63,114 nt of DNA, filler included, from Bigelowiella natans CCMP2755 (GCA_000320545.1; 6 parts of 6 records of this genome joined end to end with filler, not necessarily neighbours in it); one strand, 5' to 3'. Counted from the first letter of the whole stretch, positions 28,478 to 39,558 are shown. Numbers and translations are program-made. Notes: generated by a model not told the origin, from the sequence alone.

Positions 28478-29214
28478 ATGGCGGTAAGTACGCCTCTATC
28501 TAGGGGCCGCACCACCCCCTCATCCTCGGTGCTATATGCGGTCTCTGTCCTCGTGGCTGGCCTATGTCTTACGCTCTCTACTCTAAGAAAAGATTCAGCT
28601 TCGCATCCACAGCAACTTTTATCCTATGCGCCGACAAGAACAGCTCGGAGCGAGACTCTTCGTCGCGCTACCCAAATTCCTTCTCGCTACCCGCACACAA
28701 GGAGCGGGCCATCTTTTTCGATGCAGAGGAAGAAGAGTTCCAAGCGTTGCACAACTGTTGGATCTGGAGCACAGAAGGCTGTGGAGGTGGCAAGTGGTGT
28801 TGCAGAGCAAGCCGTCCAAGCGACCCAGGTACCCCGAGTGAACAATGGTGATGAGTCATAATCGTGGTAATGTGCACTGTAATCAAGATTTCTACTCGTA
28901 TCGATGGTATTTGTATATATTGTGTAAATTAGCTGGCATGTGCAGAGCTATTGCTTAGACAGTTGAATATCCACATCACGCACACACACACACATACACA
29001 CACACACACGCTTATACTTACACTCGGTCCCCCCCCCCACACACGCGGCACAAACCGACAGCCCATCGCGGAAGGAGTCGCAGGAACGTTAGCTCAGGGT
29101 GAGTGGTGAAATTTTACACGTGCGTAGTTACCTGAGTAACCTAAAATGTTATATGCATATATACATGTTTACATATACATATACATATACATATACAAAT
29201 ATTTTTAATTCATT

Positions 29215-29262
<48 letters not shown>

Positions 29263-30478
29263 GATCTCACGTAAACCATACATTGTACATGTACCACACA
29301 AACCTGAAGGAGTCGCAGCGGATGCCGTTGGAACCGTGGCAGGTGATGCTGCGACGTCTGTCGCAGCGTCCGTCGCAGCTACTGGCGCAACCGAGGCAGC
29401 CAAAACGGGGCTTTGGACAACCGTCAAAGGAAAATGCGCTGCTTGTGCGGACAAAGTAGTCGAGGGGGTCAACCATATCCCCCTCATGCCAAAAGTTATC
29501 GCCTTCTTCGGATGGCTGAATGGGTGACTGCTCTCATCTGATTGCGCGGCGTAGAAGACATCGGCGTGCCTCTGTTGCGCTGCTGTGTGCTCTGCTCCTC
29601 TCCGCATCCCCTCCCCCCTCGCCTCCCAATCGAAGAAGTTGTGATAGATGCAAGAGGTCCTTTGTAGCAAAGGAGAAGACATTTCTAATACCTATTCCTC
29701 CTTCTCCTCCTCCTAATTCCCGTGGCGCAGATACGTCGGGTGGGGTACACCTTTCAGCTACATCGTGCTCGGCATCCTCGTGCATCGTGGGTATGCGAAT
29801 CTTAGGAAGTTCCTCACCGAGGGGGGGCTGCAAGAGGTTATGATGCGCTCAATGGTGCAAAAGATGTACAAAGGACAGATGTCCGAACCGCAGATGGAGG
29901 TCAGTTGCCCCCCCCCCCCCCCTCCCCCTCGTTCAAACCCCGTTTTCCACTAGTAACCGGTCAGTACGATTGGTTGATTAATTGGGCGATATTCTCTACT
30001 TTCGCGAAGGAAATGGTCCAGAGCATGAAAGCAATGAATGGCATGAACGGCATGATGGGGGGTGGTGGTAAGGCTCAGTCGCCCGAGGTCTTCCTTCAAA
30101 TACTAAAATGCAAAAATAACAAATAAAGCAGTAACAAGTGTCAGTTTTTAACTCAAAACTCGCATTAATCCCGTCGTACCGAATAGCCTACTACGGAGCT
30201 CTTTTTCTCTTAACAATAGAAAGAATCAATACAATTATTTTTCAAGAAAAAGAAGTGGCCATATTTACCCTCCTCTGTACCATCCTCTGCCTCTTTGTTT
30301 CCCAATCTTCTTCTTCTTCTTCTTCTTCTTTTTCTTCCTCCCCTTCCTCTTCTCAGGACCTCATGAAACAGATCCAGGATATGCAAAACATGATGGGGAG
30401 CGGGGGGATTCCGGGAATGCCGGGTATTCCAGGAATGCCGGGTGGTTTAGGCGCTCCGCAAGCCTCTGGATTTGGTGT
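28478..30478 (+). CDS. Tic40-like plastid inner-envelope co-chaperone with bipartite targeting leader; 3' part not seen before the assembly gap
   Basis: Leader with a hydrophobic signal (SVLYAVSVLVAGLCLTL) followed by a Ser/Arg-rich transit-like stretch. The TM segment plus Met/Gln-rich helix GTPFSYIVLGILVHRGYANLRKFLTEGGLQEVMMRSMVQKM resembles the Tic40 TM/post-TM region, and a GMPG-rich linker follows. STI1 domains are not seen before the gap at 30967. Confidence 0.6.
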
Positions 30479-30508
30479 GTTTTCTTGATATCAAACACAC
30501 AGACAAAC

Positions 30509-30549
<41 letters not shown>

Positions 30550-30588
30550 TACACACAGTATACTACATATATACATAATATATTTCTT

Positions 30589-30623
<35 letters not shown>

Positions 30624-30662
30624 CATAGAGAGATAGCGAGAGAGAGGGAAATATATATTATG

Positions 30663-30697
<35 letters not shown>

Positions 30698-30966
30698 TGT
30701 GTGTAACTCTAACCCCTACCCACAGTGCGACAGAGGGAGATCGATACCGAGGGTCCGTGATATGCTGGGAGATGATTTTCCGACAATCGCAACGGCTACC
30801 CCTCTTCCCGTGACACCCTGCTTAAGTGACACGGGCGAATATAGTCGCTCTTTCTGTTCGTTCTCCCCTCTGGATCCCATGGGCCCCGTTCTGTCCCCAA
30901 ACCCTGAACCCCTCAGATTCCTATATCACGGACACTGGCGAGTGTGTTTTGGTTACTGCTCTGACC

Positions 30967-31066
30967 NNNNNNNNNNNNNNNNNNNNNNNNNNNNNNNNNN
31001 NNNNNNNNNNTTAATTAATTAANNNNNNNNNNNNNNNNNNNNNNNNNNNNNNNNNNNNNNNNNNNN
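30967..31066. other. Assembly gap / artificial contig linker
   Basis: N44-TTAATTAATTAA-N44 (stop-codon linker). Confidence 0.97.
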
Positions 31067-31289
31067 CAAAAAAGAAACCCATCCCCATTTTTTTCTTTTA
31101 GCCCCCCCCCCCCCCCCCTTCCCCCCATTTTTTTTTCAAAGGTGAAAACGGGGGCCATGGGGGGGGTTCAGTGCAGGTCCGGGGCACCCCCCTTTTGACT
31201 TAATGTGTGCAGGCCCGGGTTGCGGGAGAGAAAACCTTTCTGTGGCATTTGTTCCCCCCCCCCCCCCTTTCCACCCCCCCCCCCGGCTT

Positions 31290-31700
31290 CTTCCTTTTCA
31301 ATGCGAAAGAAGCAGGTTTGCAAGAGTTTGAAGTGCACCACACGCAGCTGTTGGCTGACGTGACACAAGACACTCCGGGTCACGCACACAAGAAGAAGTG
31401 CTGCCCACGTGCCCACACTCCCATGCCAACCCCCCCCCACAACCACTTGCACCTCCCCTTCGGAGAGTCTCCTGTGTCCTGAAAGTGGATGAGAAAGTCA
31501 GGTCACATCGTCACGGAAGTGGTGGTGCAGGTGCAAACGAAAAAAACCACCTCACCTGCCAGGCTGGGGCAACCTTGACCAGCTCGGCTGTGGCCCCGCT
31601 GGGTTGCAAACCTGAACGACGTGACGATGTTGTCGGGCAAAAAGACGTCAATTGCAATGAAAACGATTGATGAAAACACCCACGTGGCGGAGGAGCTTCA
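31290..31700 (-). pseudogene. Remnant of a multi-pass membrane protein gene, Tyr/Leu codons eroded
   Basis: Reads SATWVFSSIVFIAIDVFLPDNIV...VVFFVCTCTTTSVTM*PDFLIHF...WHGSVGTWAALLLVCVTRSVLCHVSQQLRVVHFKLLQTCFF. It is hydrophobic, has no Tyr, and has one in-frame TGA. Confidence 0.4.
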
Positions 31701-32996
31701 GGAGGTTGACCACCTGCAGCTCCACGCACGTCGATGTGTGCACACGTGAGGCGGGGAAGGCCCACCCAGCGTTGCCTTTCCCACCCTCCACCACAGACAC
31801 TGCAAGTGACTTCCGTTGCCTGCAAAGTGAAACGTTCTTTCACTTCGGTCAACTCCAATTCCCTTCAGGTGGCACTCAGCAACATCGGTGGTCGCATTGC
31901 CACTTCCCTTTTCAAGTGCTTCCTTGCAAAGTTCAAGTGCCTTTTGCAGATTTCTTTCAACCCCACACCCGTCACAGCAGCAAATTGCTGAAGTGAGTGT
32001 TGCTTTTGAAAATCCCTCCTTGTGTGCCACTTTGCAGAGTTCAAATTCCTTTTCTTCACTTTTCTCAACGAAAGTTCCGCTGTGATGGCAATGACCAAGG
32101 TTGCAAGTCCCACAAGCACTTCCCATTTTGTGTGCTGGTTCGTGCAGTCGGAATGCCTTTTCCTCGTCTTTCGTGATTCCAATTCCTTCTTGGCAGCAAT
32201 GACCCAGGTTGTTGACAACACAAGCGTTTTCTCTTGTGATTCCTTTTTCAATTCCTCTTTTGAACGCTTCCTCGGATGCTTTGAATGCCTTTTGGAAGTT
32301 TTTTTTTGTCCCATGACCTTCCACATGGCAACAACCCAGAAGACTGGTTCCCACAGCATTGCCCACATCGTGTGCTTTTTTGGAGAACTCACGTGCCTTT
32401 TGCCCTTGTTCCGTGTCATTGCAACACACACACAATTCGCACATTCCCTCATCGTCCAAGTCACCCTTTGCGAACTTCTCCTCGCATTCCTTGGTCCCAA
32501 ACAAGAGAGTGCAAGCAAAAAAGGAACGACAACAGGCAAAGGCAACTTGCTCTGCCAGTTTTGCTTCCTTCTCCAATTTGATGTGTTGCTCAACCAATTC
32601 ACACGTTTCCTTCTCGCCCAAGTCATCGTTCTCAAACTTCTTCAAAAAGTCGTCACGATTGAACCTGAACACTTCGTTCCTTCTCACTGCTTCTTTTGCT
32701 TTCTCGCACATTGCACACGGAACATCCGCCTTCTTGTGGTTTCTTGCAACACCCCTTCCGTGTTCATGGCAATGAGCGAGGTTGTTGGTGGCAATTGGAT
32801 GTCCCTTCTCGTGTGCCACTTTGCAGAGTTCAAGTGCCTTTTGACAACCTTTTTTCACTCCTCTTCCATTGTCACAGCAAACACCCAACACGTCAGTCGC
32901 ACGAACACGTCTCTTCTTGTGTGCAGGTGGGCACTGCCCACATCGCAGATGCCGCCATTGGCGGTTGCAATGATCATCATTGTCATTGCTTGCACG
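31698..32996 (-). pseudogene. Sel1-like repeat (SLR/TPR) protein gene, intronless, all Tyr converted to Cys/His
   Basis: About 7 Sel1 repeats, e.g. LGVCCDNGRGVKKGCQKALELCKVAHEKG, NNLAHCHEHGRGV, NNLGHCCQEGIGITKDEEKAFRLHEPAHKMG, CNLGHCHHSG. No Tyr in the 397-aa ORF. The frame is open from 32996; the ORF track starts at GTG 32891. Confidence 0.88.
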
Positions 32997-33146
32997 TCAC
33001 ACACTTGGTGAAGGAAAAGAAGGACACGAACTCGTGTGGAGACTTTTGGTGAACGAAGGAACTTTCACGTCTTTGGGAAACAGCAAGTTGCGTCGTGCTC
33101 CAAAACCGTCACTTTTCGAAAAGACCTTCTCAGAACCACCTCACTT

Positions 33147-33533
33147 TCAACCTTTTCTCAGGACGACTGAAGTTGAAAACCGAAGTTGGGAAGACCAAAA
33201 GACGTTGTGAGAGACCACGACTCCAAAGGGACCTTTTTTCACCTTGACCCTCCTTGCCACGGTCAAAGTGCCCACGAAGAGAAGCAGCAGCAGGCAGAGG
33301 AAGAGCAACAGCAGCCCCGCAACCACGATTGGGCCACCCGTGATCGTCTGCGAGCACGCACTGCAAACCACAACACACGCCCAGGAGGAGCAAAAGGTCA
33401 AAGCGTGGACCTGGAAAGTGCGGAACCCGTGCACACCAATGACCAAGAACACGTGGGAAGTTCGCACGTCGTGGACGGCACGGTACGCACAGGGACACAA
33501 GTGTCCACGTGCCCTGACACACGTGGACCGCAC
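33147..33533 (-). pseudogene. Remnant of a membrane protein gene, TpA/ApT eroded
   Basis: VHDVRTSHVFLVIGVHGFRTFQVHALTFCSSWACVVVCSACSQTITGGPIVVAGLLLLFLCLLLLLFVGTLTVARRVKVKK. It becomes a normal 2-3 TM segment if H/C are read as Y and S/P as L. Confidence 0.4.
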
Positions 33534-34217
33534 TGGTCAAGTGAACTGCATGCCTTGGGTGCACTTTGGTGCACGTGTGGGCAGCAACACACGTCGTTGT
33601 GTCACGTGTGGCAGGAACACACGAACCGAGCTGCACGTGTGTTCCACGCGCGTGCACGCCCACAGCCCCGGCCAGCCGGGCCCACGGCTAGACGGGGGGG
33701 AGAGGCACCACGCAAAGTGATTGCAGCTCATCACCAGTGGACTACCAACTCTTGGACTTGTTTCAATTTTTGAAGTTCACAAGGGATTCGGCCCGAGCGA
33801 CAACGCTTCCCTGCAAAACAAGCCAGGTCGCCTTGGTTGGAATCGAAGCCAGAACTGCCAAAAAATCACACACTTTCAGCTTGCGACATGCCTCAGTCGA
33901 AGTCGCACACATGGTTGTTCCCTTCGTCTGGACTCGGAAAATTGCGGGAGATCATTGTGTTTGACTTGACGCTGATAGCTGGCCTCGAATGGGCCTTCTG
34001 CATCCGATCTGATCCTTTTCACCTTCTGGCTCAAGGAGAACAAAGCTACCGATTCCATCACAACCACCATCTTCAGTCGATTGACTCCAGCGATCTGCAA
34101 CCTAACAATTTGATGATTGATTTTTGGGTGGCGGGATTTTGACGCGTCATTTTAATTGTGCATCTTCGCCTCAGCACTCGCATTTCCCCCTCCCACCCCT
34201 TCCTCTCTTCCTCCATT

Positions 34218-34534
34218 TCACAGAAGTGCCCTCTGCATCTCATCCTCGATGGGATGTGCAAGGTGTTGAAAGCCGCGTGACATTTGAGAGCCTTTGCCCA
34301 AATTTGTCCATGCTGATCGTTTCGATTTATCACAAGGCATCAACGCTTCTACGCTGATAAACGAAGGAGTGAAACCTGGAATCAGTGCAAGCCGATGCGC
34401 TAATGAGGGATCCTCCATGTCTCCTAGCATATCCGAGTGCAGGAGCGAACAATACGACAGTGCGGGGGAGGTAGTCGTCGTGAGATTAAGGATCTCAGCA
34501 AACCACAATGTGCCTAAAGTCCACAAATATATGT

Positions 34535-34612
<78 letters not shown>

Positions 34613-34913
34613 TATATAAAGCGTGAGCGTCATTCATACGAATTGCTCAGATGATGTGCTGTGACGAGACCAACAACAGCAGCTACAGTAAGGACAGCGG
34701 TACTACAACTATGGAAATATATCACGGGTAGGAAATTACACATTCTGTAACTTCTGTGCTTTTTCCAGGCCTAAGCCAAGAAAAGGCGCATTTTGCAGGT
34801 AGCAGAGCTCTTATGCTATATTACTTGCCCACCAGATCTGAAATACTTGCCTTAACTTTGAGCTACCTCATGGACATAAGAGCGACGATGTAGCCCTAAA
34901 TGAAATGAATAAA

Positions 34914-34999
<86 letters not shown>

Positions 35000-35830
35000 T
35001 GTTCTTTGCGTTCCTACCTAGCAACGAATCGCCTTCGGAGGGTTGTCAGCGATGTGGCCCCGATCACTAAGGAGCCATTTCCCAAAAGCAGGTCGCGCAG
35101 CACTACTTGCGACACCCGTCGCACTCCTAGATCACTGAGTGATGGATCTCGGGGGAGCGATGTGAAAACTGGGCAGCCATTAATGCGTCGATGATGGAGT
35201 CGTGCTGCAGTCACCAGAAATGCTTGCATGTGCCTAATATGGTCATGCGTGTGTATTCATGGAGTATATCTGAGGGGGAGGGGGGGGTTGGCACACGTGC
35301 GTTGATCGTATTGCGTTTATTCTGTTACACCTCGTCAGATTTCGAGGAAAGACGCCCATCATTAGTTCCAGCTCCTCAATGAACGGAATCCGAGGGGGGG
35401 GAGAGATATGTACTATGCCACACACACAACACACACACACACACACACAGTCTTAAGTCACGACGAGAACTTAACCATGCATTCTTATTCTTCTTCTTCT
35501 TCTTCTTCTTCTTCTTCTTCTTCTTTTCTCAGTGACGCTGCGGGAGCCGGACACGAATACGTCCTTTCTCCTTCGGAGAGAAGACATCGATTTCCGATTC
35601 CAAACCACATGTGCGTGCGTGCGTGCGTGTTTGCTGCGTGCACGTTTGCTCATACAACATAATCGCACGATTTGTAGATGAGGACCGTATTTCTTGTTGG
35701 TGTATTCCTGAGTATTTGTGTGTGTGTGTGTTTGTGTGTGTGTGGTGATGTTGGTTCATCTTTTCTTCAGTGCGCGGCATTGGTCGCGTATTCCGACGCA
35801 TACAGCGCGTGCTTGATCAAGTGTGCGAAT
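34218..35830 (-). CDS. 3' exons of a host gene, possibly the continuation of the cNMP-binding-domain gene across the gap
   Basis: Minus-strand exon-like blocks between microsatellite introns (RINGCPVFTSLPRDPSLSDLGVRR..., NRKSMSSLRRRKDVFVSGSRS). Confidence 0.35.
34539..34610. repeat. Perfect (AT)n microsatellite, representative of the many (TA)n, (CA)n, (CT)n, (CAT)n, (CAG)n and (TAG)n tracts in introns
   Basis: Seen directly; similar tracts occur throughout 1-14000 and 34500-63100. Confidence 0.95.
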
Positions 35831-35914
35831 CAACACACACGCACACACACACACACGCACACACAAATAGACGCATTTAGTACGTATTTATAGAAACCAA
35901 TTATTTATTATTCA

Positions 35915-36013
35915 NNNNNNNNNNNNNNNNNNNNNNNNNNNNNNNNNNNNNNNNNNNNTTAATTAATTAANNNNNNNNNNNNNNNNNNNNNNNNNNNNNN
36001 NNNNNNNNNNNNN
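35915..36013. other. Assembly gap / artificial contig linker
   Basis: Ns flanking TTAATTAATTAA at 35959-35970. Confidence 0.97.
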
Positions 36014-36202
36014 NCCCCCCCCCCCCCCCCCCCCATCACCGTTAATTTCAAGCCTCTCGAGCATGTCGACGGGCAGAGCCCTTCGGTTGTACAATGCTGC
36101 AGAAGGCGCGTAGCGCTGAGATCGGAGCCGGCTGGTGCATAGAGGCGTATTTGTACGTGTACTTGTGTGTTTGTGTGAGTATGAGTGCGCGAGGGTATGC
36201 GT

Positions 36203-36240
<38 letters not shown>

Positions 36241-37036
36241 GCAAGGAAACAGTCAAAACATCTGGGAGGAAATGTCACTAAAGGTGGCATGGCGGATATC
36301 AAGTTTTTCAGCAGTTTTATGGAGCGAAAATTCCAAAGCAGCGCATGATGCACGCACGTAAGCTCAGGTACTAACAACAACATCAACGGATACCTTTTAC
36401 AATATTCCACTGAATGCAAAGAGCTCCGCCGTGAGAGGCTCTTCGACCGCATCTCTGAGCAAATATGTATATACTTATATATTTATATATGTTTATTGAT
36501 CTGTACATGTTATACATATATAAGATATTCTAATGGACAGGTAAACCATGATCCTCGCGACGGTCGCATACGACCCGATCAGGCGGAGAGAGAGAACACA
36601 CAGCAGATGCCATGGGAAGAGAGAGGCGTGCAGGCTGAGAGAGCTGCGCGCACGTGTAAATTCTGCAAAGTAGAGCGCGAGCCCCTTGCTATATATTCAC
36701 CTCTGGCACTTTCTGGTTGTAGCTTCTTCGTCGTGTGCCGCGTGTCGGCGAACCCCCGTGTGGAAATTCCCATCCTCAGCCTCGACTTCGCCTCCTCTTC
36801 TGACGGCGAAGCGGACGCCTGCTCAAAATAGCACGTTGGGCGCAAGGGATTGGGCCCCATCGATCAACTTTATACAAAGTACAACTGCTTTTTTCTATAT
36901 CTCGACGGTTTGTGTGTCTCTTCTTCGCCGAGGTGGTACCCAGGCACTTTGAGGCCGTTGCTCCTGCTGCCTCCTCGCCATCAGCGATGCCACCATGTCG
37001 GTTTTCCCGTCCATGATCCTCAGGATCTCCTATACA

Positions 37037-37076
<40 letters not shown>

Positions 37077-37232
37077 CTTATATATATAACGGGGAGACGG
37101 TCAACTTGGCTTCTCGTAAAGAAGAGTGTCTGGACGTTGTATTGCATTTGTGCATGGCGTTTCTCTTCTCTCACCCCTTGTCCCTTCGATTCTAGGATGG
37201 AGCTGAAATCTGAACGCCTAAGAATCGACACA

Positions 37233-37273
<41 letters not shown>

Positions 37274-37305
37274 ACATTATGTAAATCATATTGATATACG
37301 TGTGT

Positions 37306-37354
<49 letters not shown>

Positions 37355-37368
37355 CTCTCTCTCTGTCT

Positions 37369-37424
<56 letters not shown>

Positions 37425-37617
37425 TGCCTTTCAACATGATTCGTGCGCTCTTACCTGTACGCTGGCCGCGCCGACTTCTGGGCTCTTTTGAGAAGGAAAG
37501 GGAAAAGGATAGAGAAAGGAGAAATTAAGAAATTCAAGGGAGATGTTGTTTATTAAAGTTGCAGGATATCTTGTCATTGATGATACTGCAGATGCAAACA
37601 GTTTCTATTTCTTCTCC

Positions 37618-37650
<33 letters not shown>

Positions 37651-38987
37651 CCTCTCTGTCTCTCTCCCAATACCAGCATAGCCATTCTTATCAGGAATAG
37701 ACAATATCTACCTAAACCATGTGTTTGCGTGTGTGTGTATGCGCGCACGCGCCTTTTTACTACCGCATGGAAGCGTGAGGGCACGATAAGGAGGTGAAGT
37801 TATATCGCTCAAGATCTGAGAAACGGAAGGGGGGGGACGGGGAGGAGAGAGCGGGTTTGCACCAGTGGTGGCAAAGGTCAGATGATGAAAAGACCTACAT
37901 TCTGAAAGCACGCTCTGTACACGTACTCAAATCCTCTCAACCCACAGTGATGAAACCATGCGCGCGCGCGTGTGTGCATGTGCTTAGTATCGTTTGTAGT
38001 AGTCATTGCATTTCTCCCGTATTTTCTCTTTTCTAGTTCTTCTATTGATCTTCCTTTCCCCCCCCCCTCCTCTCTCCCCTTTTCTTCATTTAATCGGCGG
38101 ACCCGCAGCCTCCTCATAATGCTTGTGCTCGTGACTGATGTGCTCTTTGCGCTCGCGATTCTGAATCATCGACAAGCCGTCTCCGCTATCATCAATTTGA
38201 ACCAGTCTGCGAGGAGAAGGAACTCAGTGAAAACATGGCCAGAGAAAAGAATTTCATAGGGGCCAGACGAAGAAGAAAAGGAGGAGGAGGAGGAGGAGGG
38301 ACAAGAAAACAAAACATGCCGATTAATGCTCTCACTCCTCCTCTCTCTCTCTCTTTTTCTCTCTCTCTCATACCTATCAACGCCACTGCCCCTTGGCGTC
38401 TGAACATCCTCATGGTGATGCTTGGTTCTGGAGAGAGGAGAAGGCCAGTAATTTAAAGTGAAAAGAGGGCAGAAGAACTACAAGAAAAACAGACAGCTTA
38501 TCATCATCATCATCATCATCATCATATCATTGGCAGCAGCGGCAGCCGAGTGGCAGTAACACCAGTGTCATATTTCAAAGAATTCACTCACTTGGTAGCG
38601 TGATGGAAGAACTGCCTTCCTTTCTGTTTGATGTGATGATACGCACACACGCGCGCGCACAAGTAAGTACAACGCTCAAATTCGCTGTGAAGGAAGAAAT
38701 CTTGTGGATCTTCTATTCTAGCACTCACACTTTCAATGTCTTCCCTTTTTCTATTTCTTTGTTTTCATATTTTAAATGAATATATATATATATATATATA
38801 ATTACTTTTAGAGTTGTGCTTGTGTGTGTGTGTGTGTGTGTATGTGTGCGAGTACAACATAGCGCCCTTACTCCTTTCTTCTCCTCTCATACCCCCCCCC
38901 CCCTTACCAAAATATTCTCCTGCACTTGCAGCTTGGCCTCCAGAAACTTTTGCACTATCGTGAAAATAAAGTGTTTCACGAACGAGC

Positions 38988-39021
<34 letters not shown>

Positions 39022-39443
39022 CTCACATACACAGATAGAGAGAGGGGGGAAGGGGAGGGGAGGGGGGGGGGGTGGCACACGCATCCACCTTTTGTGTTGC
39101 ACTTCCCCTGAAAGTACCGCTTGAAGTGATACCTCGTAACCTGGCAAACGCGGCATAACAAAACGGCAAAATTACAAGGATTTTCCACCACCGATTCTAG
39201 CAAAGGGGGGAGGGAGGGGGGGGGGGGGGGGAGGAAGAGGGGCGCTCACCATGAAGAAGTTGCAATCTGTTTCGCACCAGACCTGTTCGTGAGTGCGCGC
39301 AAACCAACCGTCGCGTCAATTCGAGTGGTTGGTGTATATGTATTCATCATGGATACTACTTACTTACTTACTTACCGCCAATCGTCGGGTCGCCCTCGCA
39401 TGGACCACCTGTACGGTACGGGATGTTATACATGTGTACATGT

Positions 39444-39480
<37 letters not shown>

Positions 39481-39513
39481 ATACACACATGCAAACACAT
39501 AGAATGTGCGTTT

Positions 39514-39558
<45 letters not shown>

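Larger units (their letters stand above)
31067..34330. mobile_element. Hypermutated (TpA-erased) foreign or repeat-derived insert, island 1
   Basis: No TpA in 31203-33483 and only 8 in 33484-34330. Contains an intronless Sel1-repeat gene and membrane-protein remnants, with no host-type microsatellite introns. Element class is unknown; the left end is lost in the gap. Confidence 0.65.

Noticed and set aside
31698-32891. Cys/His-rich metal-binding protein, or an alternative genetic code
   Set aside because: Cys and His alternate at the same consensus Tyr position, and TA is absent in all codon positions and spacers. Neighbouring genes use normal Tyr codons.
31203-33483. Diversity-generating retroelement or fungal-type RIP as the cause
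   Set aside because: No reverse transcriptase or TR/VR pair is seen. Changes are transition-type on both strands and AA is spared. RIP creates TpA rather than removing it.
31865-33773. Multiple long overlapping ORFs on both strands (329, 256, 195, 177 aa)
   Set aside because: By-product of TpA loss removing TAA/TAG stops; not genuine overlapping genes.
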